From Octopus sinensis (taxonomy: Eukaryota), in the NCBI RefSeq assembly GCF_006345805.1, contig NC_043009.1, forward strand, positions 56,978,001-57,042,000: 64,000 nucleotides of DNA, read 5' to 3'. This document shows positions 1-12,370 of the stretch, piece by piece. Position numbers and translations under genes: made by a program. The first letter of the stretch is position 1; every line of letters begins with the position of its first letter. Under the pieces are notes generated by a model, which saw only the letters and a program-made list of their open reading frames with translations, ran no database searches and was not told where the DNA came from.

Positions 1-1220
1 GCTAGGTTCCTCAGGCAAAGAACACAGGTACAAGATTTTCTGGGCAGGGAACACTAGCAGAGTTGGAGGCGTGGGTATACTTCTTGCGGAGAAATGGGTT
101 GATAAGGTAAACGAGGTAGTCAGAGTATGCGACAGAATACTTAAGATTAGATTAGATAATTGGTTAGCAACCATTATCTCAGCCTATGCCCCTCAGCCGA
201 GGCTACCCGATGGCCAGAAAGACCGATTTTATGACACCCTCTTGCAGACTACCTCATTGGAAAATGACAGGGACCTTCTCTTTGTGGCTGGTGACTTCAA
301 TGGACATGTTGGACAACATACAGGGGCTTCTATGGCATACATGGAGGCTACGGTTTTGGTTCCCGCAATGAGGAGGGAACCAGGCTGTTGGAGTTCTGCG
401 ATGCAAATGATCTTATGGTTTGCAATACTAACTACAGGAACCTGCCAGTCATCTAGTCACCTACCATTCTGGGAGACACACTAGCCAAATTGACTACATC
501 CTCACCAGAAAAAGGGAAAGATGGCTGCTTATAAATGCCAAAACTTTCCCAGGTGAAGAATGTACCCCGCAACATAGATTGGTAGGTAGCGATTTCAGGA
601 TCAAGGCTAAATGGATGCCCAGAAGACAACAAGCATGGAGGAGAAGGGTTTGGAAGCGTAAAAGATCCTGTGAATGGACAGAGATTTAGTGATATTACTC
701 AAAGCCTTTGATGAAATAGAAGGGGATATAGCTTCACACAATGTAGAAAACAACTGGAGGTTTCTACGAGACAACCTGCTGAAGGCCACTGACCAGATCT
801 GTGGATGGTGCAAAGTCTCTTCTTGACCCAAAATAACGTGGTGGTGGAACAGTGTTGTTGACAGGGTTATTAGAGAAAAGAAACAGGCTTGGAAGGACTG
901 GAAGAACAGTGGTAGTAGGGTATTGTATCAGACTGCCAGATGGGAAGCTAGGAGACAGATTTATTTAGCCAGAGGGGAAGCAGATAAGAAAAAATTTGCC
1001 AATGTTCTGCGCCGTGAGGACCAAAGACTTGAGGTATTTTGTGTTGCAAGACAGTGTGTGAGAGAGAATCATGATGTCGTAGGAGAGAACTGTGTCCACA
1101 TAGATGATGGTTCACTTGCACTAAATGAGGCTGCAAAGAGAGATGTTTGGAGACACCACTATGAAAGGTTGCTCAATAAAGAGAATGAATGGGAGAAAGA
1201 GTCTGCCGAATGTCGACCCA
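1..1220 (+). mobile_element. decayed RTE-type LINE, APE endonuclease region
   Basis: ORF 71-484 contains IISAYAPQ...FYD...VAGDFNGHVG (APE motifs). It continues through frameshifted pieces (SQIDYIL, WWN, YERLLNKENEWEKES). Stops and frameshifts are present. Confidence 0.88.
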
Positions 1221-1473
1221 TTCAAAAGTTGAAATAATGCAAAGCACATTGTGATCAGTGATGTATAACAATATCAAATTGTCTTGTCAGTCACATGACT
1301 TGATATACATGTGTGTGTGTGTGTGTATGTAGAAGGTTGGAAAGTAACACACGAGTTAATAAAAGAGAGAGAGAAAACATGGAAAATGTCCTACCTATTT
1401 GAAGACTATGAAAATATTTTTAAAAACATTTCATTTAATTTTTCCACAATTTAATTGCTTTCCTTGCTTTATT

Positions 1474-3117
1474 CATCGTCGTTGTTGTTTAGCACCTGCT
1501 TTCCATGCTGGCATGGGTTGGACGGTTTGACTGAGGACTGACAAGCCAGAAGAAGGCTGTACTAGGCTCCAATCTGATCTGGCAAGGTTTCTACAGCTGG
1601 ATGCCCTTCCTAACGCCAACCACTCCAAGATTGTAGTGGGTGCTTTTCATGTGCCACCGACACGAGGGCCAGTCAGGCGGTACTGACAACAACCATACTC
1701 AAATGGTCCTTTTTATGTGCCACCAGCACAGGAGCCAGTCAAGTGGCACTGACAACGATCACACTCGAATGGTGCTTTTTATGTACCACCAGCATGGGAC
1801 TAGTCAGGCAGCACTGGCATCGACAACGCTCAAATGGTGCTTTTTACATGCCACTTGCTCAGGTGCCATTCAGGCACGGCAATGACTTCACTTAACGCAA
1901 TAGGTCTTCACAAGCACAGTTTATTGCCCAATGATTGAAGGGTACTCATATACTACATAGGTTATGGTTACGGTCTCACTTGGCTTACCAGATCTTCTCA
2001 AGCACAGTGTATCTCCAAAGGACTTGATCACTTGTCATCGCCTCCATGAGGCCCAGTGTTCGAAGGTCGTGCTTCACCACCTCATCCCAGGTCTTCCTGA
2101 GTCTACCTCTTCCACAGGTTCCCTCTACTGCTAGGGTGTGACACTTTTTCACACAGCTGTTCTCATCCATTCGCAACACATGACCATACCAGCACAGCCA
2201 AATCTCTTGCACACCACATCTGATGCTTCTTATGTCCCTTTTCTCTCAGGGCGCTTACATACTGTCAGGTATGCATATTGACATTACACATCCAGTGGAG
2301 CATACTAGCTTCATTTCTTGCAAGCTGACACATGTCCTTAGCAGTTACGGCCCATGTTTCACTGCCATGTAGCATGGCTATTGACACACGTCATACAGTC
2401 TACCTTTTACTCTGAGCGAGAGGCCCTTTTGTCACCAGCAGAGGTAGGAGCTCTCTGAACTTTGCCCTGGCTATTCTTATTCTAGCGGCTACACTCTCAG
2501 AGCATCCATCCCTGCTACTGACATGGTCACCTAGGTAACGGAAGCTATCAACTACTTTTAGTTTTTCCCTTTGGCATGTGACGGAAGCTGATTTCTGCAC
2601 ATTTTCAGTGTTTATTGCTCCTGAGCATTTGCCGCACACAAAAACTATCTTCCCAGTTAGCCTTCCTTTGATATTGCTGCACCTCTTATGTGTCCATAGC
2701 ATACGCCGATACATCTGATGGAGTTTCTACCAACATCTTTTCTACAGATGAACAGAGCCATTTACCTGAAGGGATTTGTGATTTGTCTGCCTTCCTACTT
2801 ATTAAAACTTTGGTTTTTGCTAGACTGCCCTAAGGCCCTTTGATTCTACACTTTGCTTCCACACCTGAAACTTCTCTAGTTCTGATAGTGACTCAGCTAT
2901 TCGAGCAAGGTTATCAGTATAGAGAAGCTCCCAGGAGCATCCTGTCTTGAATTCCTCTGTTATTGCCTGGAGGACTATGATGACTAAGAGGGGGCTGAAG
3001 ACTGATCCTTGGTGGACCCCTACCCAGAATTCTTCACTATACTCATTGCCAACCCTCACCTTATTGACAGCATCCCTGTACATGGCTTGTACAGCTTTCA
3101 CTAACCACTCATCTAAC
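1474..3117 (-). mobile_element. 5'-truncated RTE-type LINE: RT C-terminal half, 3' UTR and short-repeat tail
   Basis: ORF pieces GVHQGSVFSPLL, ELLYTDN (degenerate YADD), FRYLGD, WYGHVLRM...GRGR..KTW. These are followed on - by a UTR with tandem units and a tail of short AAC/GAC/GAT triplets near 1474-1490. Confidence 0.9.
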
Positions 3118-5921
3118 CACCCATCTGTTCTAAGTTGAAAAAGTCAAAAAGACTGAAACTGGTTATAAAATGTTCTTCTTATTTTAGTATTTTCTACCTT
3201 GTCTTATTTTCCTTATATATACATGCTAGCATGGAAAGCAGACGTTAAATGATGATGATGATGATCATCATCATCGTCGTTTAACGTCCACTTTCCATGC
3301 TAGCATGGACGGTTCAACTGGGGTCTGGGAAGCCTGAAGGCTGCACCAGGCCAGTCAGATCTGGCAGTGTTTCTACAGCTGGATGCCCTTCCTAACGCCA
3401 ACTACTCCGTGAGTGTAGTGGGTGCTTTTTACGTGCCACCGACACAGGTGCCAGACGAGTGTCAGTGGCACGTAAGAAGCACCCACTACACTCACAGAGT
3501 GGTTGGCGTTAGGAAGGGCATCCAGCTGTAGAAACACTGCCAGATCTCACTGGCCTGGTGCAACATATATATATGAGTGTTTGTGTCTCCTTGTCTTCAT
3601 GTCATGTGATAGCTGTTAACAGCCATCACTGCCATTCAAGAGGTGTTGTTCATTGGTAATCTTCTGCTGAAACACGTCTGGTTATGGAAAAGCATAACCT
3701 TCTTGGTCAACAAATTCCGTCTGACCCATGCAAATATGGAGTGGTTGGCGTTAGGAAGGGCATCCAGCTGTAGAAACACTGCCAGATCTGACTGGCCTGG
3801 TGCAGCCTTCGGGCTTCCCAGACCCCAGTTGAACCGTCCAACCCATGCTAGCATGGAAAGCGGACGTTAAACGATGATGATGATGATGATGACGATGATG
3901 ATGGACGTTAAATCAGTGTGATGCAGAGTGGGGTACAAACAAGAGTGATATCCAGTCTCTGGATGTCACAGATGACAAAAGACTGAAATGATTGGCAATT
4001 TGCTGAAGGAATGAGGTCTGAAAAGCATTGTTTTTATGTCTATACATAAAAATTGGTGCAGGTGTGGCTGTAAGGTAGGAAGTTTGCTTTCCAATCACAC
4101 GGTTCTAAGTTCAGTCCCACTGTGTGACATCCTGGGCAAGTGTCTTCTACTATAGCTTCAGGCCAACAAAGCCTTGTGAGTGGATTTGGTAGACAGAAAC
4201 TGAAAGAAGCCCATCATATATATATATATATATATGAGAGAGAGGGATGGATGAATGTTCCCCACCACTACTTGACAACTGGTGTTGGTTTGTTTACACA
4301 CCTGTAATTTGGCAATAAGAGACCGATTGAATAAGTACCAGGCTTAAAAAAAGAAGTAATGGGGTCAATTCATTCAACTAAAAATTCTTCAAGGTGGTGC
4401 TGCAGCATGGCCACAGTCTAATGACTGAAACAAGTAACAGATAGAATACACCCACAACTAGGCAAATGTCTTCTACTATAGCCATGGTGGGCCTGAGATT
4501 AAGTAGAAGACTCTTGCCCAAGGTATCGTACAGTGGGACTGAACCTGAAACCATGAGGTCGAGGAGCAAGCTTTCCATCTCTGCATTGTGTAAAATAAAG
4601 GAAGGTTAATTTATATATAAACGCACTGAAGAACCCATGAACTTGTATTTAACTCTGAACAACAAGTTTGTTTTAACCTTGATCTGAGATAATCCTGGAG
4701 GAAAAACAAAACACTTTGAAGGAAAATGAGTCCTCATCGTCGTCGGTGGCATGGGTTGGATGGTTCCACTGAGAACTGGTAAGCTGGGAGGTTGTATCAG
4801 GCTCCCGTCGAATTTGTCAAGGTTTCTACAGCTGGATGCCCTTTCTAATGCCAGCCACTCTGAGAGTGTGGTGGGTGCTTTTTACATGCCACCAGCACAG
4901 GTGCCAGTTAGGCGGCACTGGCATTGGCCACGCTCAAATGGTGCTTTTTACGTGCCCCCGACACAGGTGCCAGTTAGGCGGCACTGGCATTGGCCACGCT
5001 CAAATGGTGCTTTTTACGTGCCCCCGACACAGGTGCAAGTCAGGCAGCATTGGCAGATCACATTTGCTACAGACTTTGTGGAATATGAATAAAGCCGACC
5101 TGGGTGAAAATTATAGTTTATAAGGTATTAGACCCTGGTATTCTGTGTAGAAGATTTATATTCTAAGAATTATGTTAAATGCATAGTCTGAGATAAAGTA
5201 ATACTGAAATTGTGAAGGGAAGTAATTCATGCAGTTTCATGTTATATAGAGTAGCCTCCCTTAGATTGGCAGTTTGTATTTTGTTTTAAAATTCAAATTT
5301 CGTGGACGATTCATCTGGCATCACAAATGGTGTGTGACGTAGATATACACATACAAAGATAACCAGAGACATCTCTGCAAATGGATATCTTGTGCAGCAC
5401 GCCTTGCTGTAAACAGCATTGCACCTATCCGTAAATAGGTACCATAAGGCTGACTGTTGTACTTACTACACTGAGTAATAAACAGGTACATTGCTAAATA
5501 TAACTGGCTGTTGTATCCAGTACACCTGGCTGTAAAAAGGTACCATGAAGTCGATGCAGTTGACTGCTGTACATAGTGCAGATCATGGTATATGAACCAC
5601 TCTCTGTTATAAGCAGTAGTAGCACAGTGAAATTGATCAGTGTTTTATTAACATGTGCTGCTGGATACAGCTCCCCACATCCTCTTATTACATCATCATC
5701 ATCATCATCGTTTAACATCCGCTTTCCATGCTAGCATGGGTTGGACGATTTTGACTGAGGGCAGGTGAACCAGATGGCTGCACCAGGTTCCAATCTTGAT
5801 TTGGCAGAGTTTCTACAGCTGGATGCCCTTCCTAACGCCAACCACTCTGTTTAAATTTATTTCAGTTATTCTGTGTTGTGCACTCAAGCGCACACTTACA
5901 TGTATGTTATTGTCATTGCAG

Positions 5922-5984
5922 GTGTTAAATGATATTGTAAAATTGGAGCTATTGAGACAAGAAACACCTGAAAATATTGAAAAG
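5922..5984 (+). CDS. ATPAF1: ATPAF1 exon (VLNDIVKLELLRQETPENIEK)
   Basis: ttgcag|GTG...AAG|gtaaga; 63 nt, phase 0-0. Confidence 0.88.
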
Positions 5985-8900
5985 GTAAGACATCTTTGAT
6001 TTCAAGTTCTAATCTTTGAATACTTTTTGCTTGAATTCCAGTTATCTATGGGACTGCTGTAAATAGATGACTCGTCTATGTACTTTGATCTTAATATGGG
6101 ACCCCTCGACCGTGGAGGTCCCCTGTGACTGCAGAGGTTTGCAGGGGCTTAGCGACGGCCCTGCACCCATTAGGGTCCCAGCTATAGGCTAAGTAGCAAG
6201 TCTGACATGCTACTTAGCCCATGGCTGGGACCCTGACGGGAAACTATAGTTGGTAAGAAGTGGTTCCACTCTCCTCAAAAGCCTGGAACTCCCAAATCAG
6301 ATCCCCACTGCCAAATGCAGTTTAAAGTCGTAACCAGCCACCTTGTGGCATGCAACTTACACTGCCCCACTGTAGTGTGTACTTACAGCTAGTTGGACTA
6401 TGCCTCACCATGGTACCTACATATAGCTACTTACACTCTGCCTCAATGTCATATCTACTTCAAGCTAAATTATATCTCACAGTGGTACCTGCTTAAGTCA
6501 TGTTTCTTTTTTATAAGCTTTGTTACTTACCTACATCTAAGTGGACTGATCCATTCATCCCTTGGTACCTTATCACCCCACTCCATCCCACCAGCCAGTT
6601 CTTTGTTAATATCACAGTAAAAAAAATGGGAGATATTAAAAACCCAAAAAAATATGTTCTAATTAGTTAATAATCGTTTACCATTTCTATAGATTTGGAT
6701 GCAGTTCCACAGTGTCAAAGACTGCGTGTATGGCGTCATAAAGGTAAGATCAAAGCTCTTTACATACTATGTTCATTTCCCATCTGATTCCCTGTAGGAT
6801 CAATAAAATAAAATACCAGTCTCTACTGGGGTCGATGGTATTGACTAAACCCCTTCCTTCGAAACTGATGGCCTTGTGCCTAAATCAGAAACCATCACTA
6901 CTATTTAATGTTGAAAGAAGAAGCCCGTTGTGTGTGTGGTGGTTGTATCTTCTTGTTTAGACATCACCTGCATCAAACAATCTCCTTCATTTCCTATCTT
7001 CCCTGAAGGCATGTCCAGCCAGGGAAGAATATTACGGCACCATGTTGAGGGTTGGCATCAGGAAGAGCATCAAGCCATTGAAAATCTGTCACCATGAATT
7101 TAGCTTGACCTGTACAAGCATAGAAAAGTGTATGTGAAAGCACACACACACACAACATTAGATGTACAAGAGTGTCAGAATTTAATACTTTTACTATGAT
7201 ATTTAAGAATTAGAAAGAACCGTGACATTGATCCACTCCGTCTGTAATATAATATCTTTCTGCTTTACTGACTGCTAATGTTTTGATATATTTTGTTTAA
7301 ATTCACAGGAAATGGATTATGATGAAGTTATGAGTAAGGCTAAACTGTGTCCTTCGGTAAGTCACACTTCACTCTCTCTTACTATTAATAATCAATGTGG
7401 TAAATCATAAGTCTACCACCTCTAGTTTAGCAAAGTACAATCAGTGGACTGGTATCCTGTTTCAATGGGGAAACTGCTCCTCTCTCATTCACTTCACACC
7501 ATGAAACCACATCTAACACCACTGTTCCTTAACCTAAATAAACAATCACATCATAGAAATCTTGAAGTTCTAATATTATGTAGGATTAATTTAAAACAGT
7601 ATGAATAAATAAGCCTTATGATTGACAGAATAATCTGAATGCTAAAGGTTTAAAGACCTATCGTCATAGTAACTTCAGAGATATTTTTTTTCTATATATT
7701 AATATTTCCTTTCTTCTTCTTACAGTTTGTATATCCACTACCACGTCAGGATGGTTATGAGTTCTTCTACCAACAATTTTCTGGAAGTGAAATATATTTC
7801 ACACCTGTGGCCCTCTATAAGGTAAGCTGTGTATAGACTCTCTGGGATTACAAGTACACTGTATACAAATATACTACTTTATAACTGATGCTCCACTTTA
7901 TACCAGTACCACTCTACAAATGTACCTCATCACTAGGCATGTTGCTAGGCACAAGCATTACTGTGTGGTAAGAAGTTTGATTTCGATACATATGGTTTTG
8001 AGTTCTGTCCCACTGCTTGGCACCTTAGGCAAGTGCTTCTACTGTTGCTCAGAATCAACCAAAGCTTTGTGAGTGAGTTTGGTAGATGGAAACTGATAGA
8101 AGCCTGTTATGTATTGACCACATAATATCTTGCAGATCAAAAGACAAATGCAGGTGTTTTTATCTTTGGCTCATGGTGGAGTGGTATAATGGTGTTCTGT
8201 GGTATAGAGCAGTGGTAGTGTATGTTAGTGAGTGGAAACATGGATGGTACACAAATCATTAATTCATAGATGCAGGAACTATTGTGGTGATGATGAAGGT
8301 GGTGAGGAGGAGATAGTCTGTTGTACCAGTAGTTGTGTATTGGTGAGAGCATTTTACTAATCAACTGGATTGCCTTGTTTTAAAGGTGATCAAGAATGTT
8401 TGTATGTGTGTGTGTGTAGCTGTAGCCCTGTACCAGATATGTGACTTCTACTGTAATGTAAGGAATACACTTATATAGCATCATAAACTGTTCTCTCCTT
8501 CATCGCCACCTCTTTCATCACATTATTAAAGAACCATCATGACTGTTTCTCTCTCTTTTCTTTCTCTCACCAGAAACACCAAGAGAATGCTCCCCCCTGC
8601 GTCACAATGCAGCATTTTACTGATCTTAAAGAGGAGAAAGGTAAATATCGTTTTGCTGTTTGTTGTCTAAGCCCAGCTGGGTCCTAATTAAACACATGTC
8701 CCTGTGTCTCTCAAACAACAACTATATTCATCGTTTAACATCCATTTTCCATACTGGCATGAGTTGAATGGTTTGACAGTGGTCGCACAAAGTTACATAA
8801 TCTGTTTTGGATTGGTTTCTACAATTGGTTGCCCTTCCTAACGTCAACCACTTTACAGAGTATACTGGGTGCTTTTTACATGGCACCATATTTCTTTTTA

Positions 8901-10495
8901 ATGTTTAAAGACAAAATTTTTGCTTCGTGAAAACAGTCCTTTTTGCATAGAAGTGCCTCGATGAATTCTCTTCAATCGTAGAAAAGTCAATGTTAAAACA
9001 ATGATGAAATTAATGATTGCTTGTCTCTTCTGAAATAAATCCACCTTGGATTGCACCTGATTCTAAGACACAAACTTCCTCTTTTAAAGTAATATCAATT
9101 AAAATCTTTCATCAAAACTTCATGTTAATTTGTTCCAAACATCAGCTTGATAATGACCAAAATATTTTACTAAATTATTTTCATAATTAATTGATTAATG
9201 AAACAAAAGCTGTTATATTCCAACAGAAATATGCTAATGCTTACAAAAAAGCTAAGGTATCCTGCATATATGTGTGTGTGTATCTCTCTCTCTCTCTCTC
9301 TCTCTCTGTTATATATATATATGTTCATCATCATCATCATCGTTTAACATCCATTTTGCCCAGCATGCTAACAATTCTGCCAGCTCGCCGCCTCACATAA
9401 ATAAACAATGATGATGACATATATATATATGAGAGAGATATAATATACTCAGAATATATGTATAATATATTCATGCTTATATTTTATTTTTTTACTAGGT
9501 TTGGTACTAATGTCTGGAGATTACGATTCTAAAATATTGGTAAGTTGATTAAAATGTTCTAAATACCTACAATATTTCTGCTACCATCTGTGAAGAAAAT
9601 TCCTCCCAACTGAATTGACCACAATACTTCTTAGTGCAGCATCAGTATCACTGCTCTCCTTGAGTTGTTGACAGTTCTTGTTACTATGGTGACTAATGAT
9701 AGACACTATTTTTGCCTTGACAGTTGACCATTACTAAGGCAATTAGCGTAAGTGACACTGTCTTTGCGCTCACAGTTTGGCATGCTTGAGCAGATAATAC
9801 AGTAGCTCACTTGTCCTTGTCCAACTGACCATCTTACTACTTACCTTCCTCTCTTTCTCCCTGTCATCCCCATTCTAATAATATTGACCACTGTTTAGGT
9901 TGGACAAAGTGGGGTCTGAACTCACAATGAGGACATACAAAGAAGATGGTTACTATAACCTGGCTATGTGGTGAGAAGTTTGCTTCCCAACCACATGGTT
10001 CCAGATTCGGTCCCACCGCATAGCACCTTGGGCAAATGTCTCCTACTAAAGCCTCAAGCTGACCAAAGCCTTGTGAGTGGATTTGGTAGACAGAAATTGA
10101 CAGAAGCCTGTCGTGTGTGTGTGTGTGTACCTTTGTTTGTCCATCCCTCCACCACTTGACAACCAGTGTTGGTGTGTTTACATCCCCTTAATTTAACAGT
10201 TCAGCAAAAGTGACTGACAGAATAAGTACTGGTGTTGATTTGTTTCACCAAAAACTCTTTGAGGTAATGCCCCAGGCCAAAAGATTAAAATTTTATATAA
10301 ATAGCTGTGTGGTAAATTTGTTTGTCATTTGACTGCAGCCATGCTAGAGCACCACCTTTTAGTCAAACAAATCGACCCCAGGACTTATTCTTTGTAAGCC
10401 TAGTACTTATTCTGTCGGTGTCTTTTGCTGAACTGTTAAGTTACAGGGATATAAACACACCAACATCAGTTGCCAAGCGATGGTGGTAAAGACAA

Positions 10496-10593
<98 letters not shown>

Positions 10594-12253
10594 AAATTTA
10601 AAGTAAACAGTTGTTGATCAATATTTCTCCATTTTCTAACATCAGTTATTACTTTTTAATACAAATAGACTGTATCCTATCTAACAGCTGTTTCTGTTTC
10701 CAATGTTCCATGGTATTGCCATTGAAAGTTCTGAAAATAACATTCATATCTGGTAACACATCCAATCTGGAACATGGAATTTCATCAAAGTGAAGAAAAA
10801 TTCATAAAAGAAAAAAGGAAGAACCCCGAGAAGATGAAAGGCTTAATATATTTAAATCCTACCATTTTTGCATATGTGACACATCAGGACTAAACTTAAA
10901 ATATTAATTGGTGGGTTAATTTTTCTATGGGGGTAACAGGGTGTATAAATAATAAATGATGAAGCTCCATGTTCCAGATCGAATGTGTTACCAAATATAT
11001 TATTTTTAGAATTTTCAGTGGCAATACCATGGAACATTGGAAGCAGAAACAGCTGTCAGATGGGATATAGTTTATTTGTATTAAAAAGTAATAATTGATG
11101 TTAGTCAATTTTTGTTGATCAATTTTCCATTTATTTTAAATATATATAGCTCCGTCTGGCACCTGTGCGGGTGGCACGTAAAAAGCACCCACTATACTCA
11201 CGGAGTGGTTGGCGTTAGGAAGGGCATCCAGCCGTAGAAACACTGCCAGATCAGACTGGGCCTGATGCAGCCTTCTGGCTTCACAGACCCCAGTTGAACC
11301 ATCCAACCCATGCTAGCATGGAAAGCGGACGCTAAATGATGATGATTATGTATATGTTTATGTGTCTATATTTGTCCCCCCACCACCACCACCATCGCTT
11401 GACAACTGATGTTGGTATGTTTACATCCCTGTAACTTAGTGTTTCAGCAAAAGAGACCAATAGAATAAATACTCGGCTTACAAAGAATAAGTCCTGGGGT
11501 CGATTTGTTTGAATAAAAGGTGATGCTCCAGCATGGTTGCAGTCAAATGACTGAAACAAATAAAAGAATATATACACGATGGGCTTCTTTCAGTTTTCAT
11601 CTACCAAATCCACTCACAAGACTTTGGTTGACCTGAGACTATAGTAGAAGGCACTTTCCCAAGGTGCCATGCAGTGGAACTGAATCTGGAACTATGTGGT
11701 TGATAAGCAAGCTACTTACCATACAGCCACTCCTGCACCTATGTGTGTGAGTTTGTCCCCACCTCCACCGCATGACAACCGATGTTGGTGTTACATCCCC
11801 GTAACTTAGTGGTTTGGCAAAAGACACCGATAGAATAGGTACTAGGCTTACAAAGAATAAGTCCTGGGGTCAATTTGTTTGACTAAAGGTGGTGCTCCAG
11901 CATGGCTGCAGTCAGATGACTGAAACAAATAAAGGAATATATTTACACATATATATATTATACACACTTAAATGTTAATGGTGACTTGAAAGTTTCGGCC
12001 AATTAAGCCATCGTCACACTTTCCAAACAAAGTCTTTATTTCGACATCTTTCCATTCTCTGTTGCAGGACAAAGCAAATGCACTCAACTTGGCTCGACAA
12101 CTCACCATGTTCTATGGTCGAAATGCTGCCGAAAGGTTCACGCTGGTCAGGATCTTCAACTACATGCCACAGAAATTTAATTACAATGACCTAATTACAG
12201 AATACAAAGGATGTAAAAAGTTTCTAGAATCATCCATTATAGAGTGTAGCTGA
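5922..12253 (+). CDS. ATPAF1: ATP synthase mitochondrial F1 complex assembly factor 1 (ATP11 family), 3' part of gene, 7 coding exons; 5' exons not identified in window
   Basis: Exons 5922-5984, 6693-6743, 7309-7356, 7726-7821, 8574-8640, 9499-9539 and 12068-12253 are all bounded by AG/GT and splice in frame (552 nt). Product: VLNDIVKLELLRQETPENIEK-IWMQFHSVKDCVYGVIK-EMDYDEVMSKAKLCPS-FVYPLPRQDGYEFF...-KHQENAPPCVTMQHFTDLKEEK-GLVLMSGDYDSKIL-DKANALNLARQLTMFYG...ECS*. This matches ATP11-family motifs recalled from human ATPAF1 (LPRREGYEFF, ELKEEKGIVLM). Confidence 0.93.
6693..6743 (+). CDS. ATPAF1: ATPAF1 exon (IWMQFHSVKDCVYGVIK)
   Basis: ctatag|ATT...AAG|gtaaga; 51 nt, phase 0-0. Confidence 0.9.
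7309..7356 (+). CDS. ATPAF1: ATPAF1 exon (EMDYDEVMSKAKLCPS)
   Basis: tcacag|GAA...TCG|gtaagt; 48 nt, phase 0-0. Confidence 0.9.
7726..7821 (+). CDS. ATPAF1: ATPAF1 exon (FVYPLPRQDGYEFFYQQFSGSEIYFTPVALYK)
   Basis: ttacag|TTT...AAG|gtaagc; 96 nt; LPR-GYEFF motif. Confidence 0.95.
8574..8640 (+). CDS. ATPAF1: ATPAF1 exon (KHQENAPPCVTMQHFTDLKEEK)
   Basis: caccag|AAA...AAAG|gtaaat; 67 nt, phase 0-1. Confidence 0.93.
9499..9539 (+). CDS. ATPAF1: ATPAF1 exon (GLVLMSGDYDSKIL)
   Basis: tactag|GT...TTG|gtaagt; 41 nt, phase 1-0. Confidence 0.92.
10636..11104. repeat. inverted repeat (foldback/MITE-like): arms of about 150 bp, spacer about 170 bp
   Basis: 10636-10787 versus 10957-11104. The opposite-strand ORFs share YYFLIQI..I.S.SCFCFQCSMVLPLK.LKI. 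Confidence 0.85.
12068..12253 (+). CDS. ATPAF1: ATPAF1 last coding exon (DKANALNLARQLTMFYGRNAAERFTLVRIFNYMPQKFNYNDLITEY...ECS*)
   Basis: ttgcag|GAC; ends at TGA 12251-12253; same frame as ORF 12062-12253. Confidence 0.92.
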   Translation, partial: DKANALNLARQLTMFYGRNAAERFTLVRIFNYMPQKFNYNDLITEYKGCKKFLESSIIECS

Positions 12254-12364
12254 GATGAAGGGTAAGGTGTGTGTGTGTATATATATATGAACTGATGTGG
12301 GATCTAAAAATTGCCAGCTTCTAGAAACATCTGAAAAATCACTTCATTGTTATAAATTTTTAGA

Positions 12365-12370
12365 AATAAA
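12365..12370 (+). promoter_or_regulatory. candidate polyadenylation signal for ATPAF1
   Basis: AATAAA about 110 nt downstream of the stop. The hexamer is common in AT-rich DNA, so its use is unproven. Confidence 0.3.

Noticed and set aside
71-484. Host endonuclease gene or bacterial-style ORF
   Set aside because: It is part of a frameshifted LINE ORF; the first codon is GTG and the reading frame is broken.
4880-5045. Repeat-spacer-like array with hairpins
   Set aside because: These are tandem 66-nt units of the LINE 3' UTR with no variable spacers.
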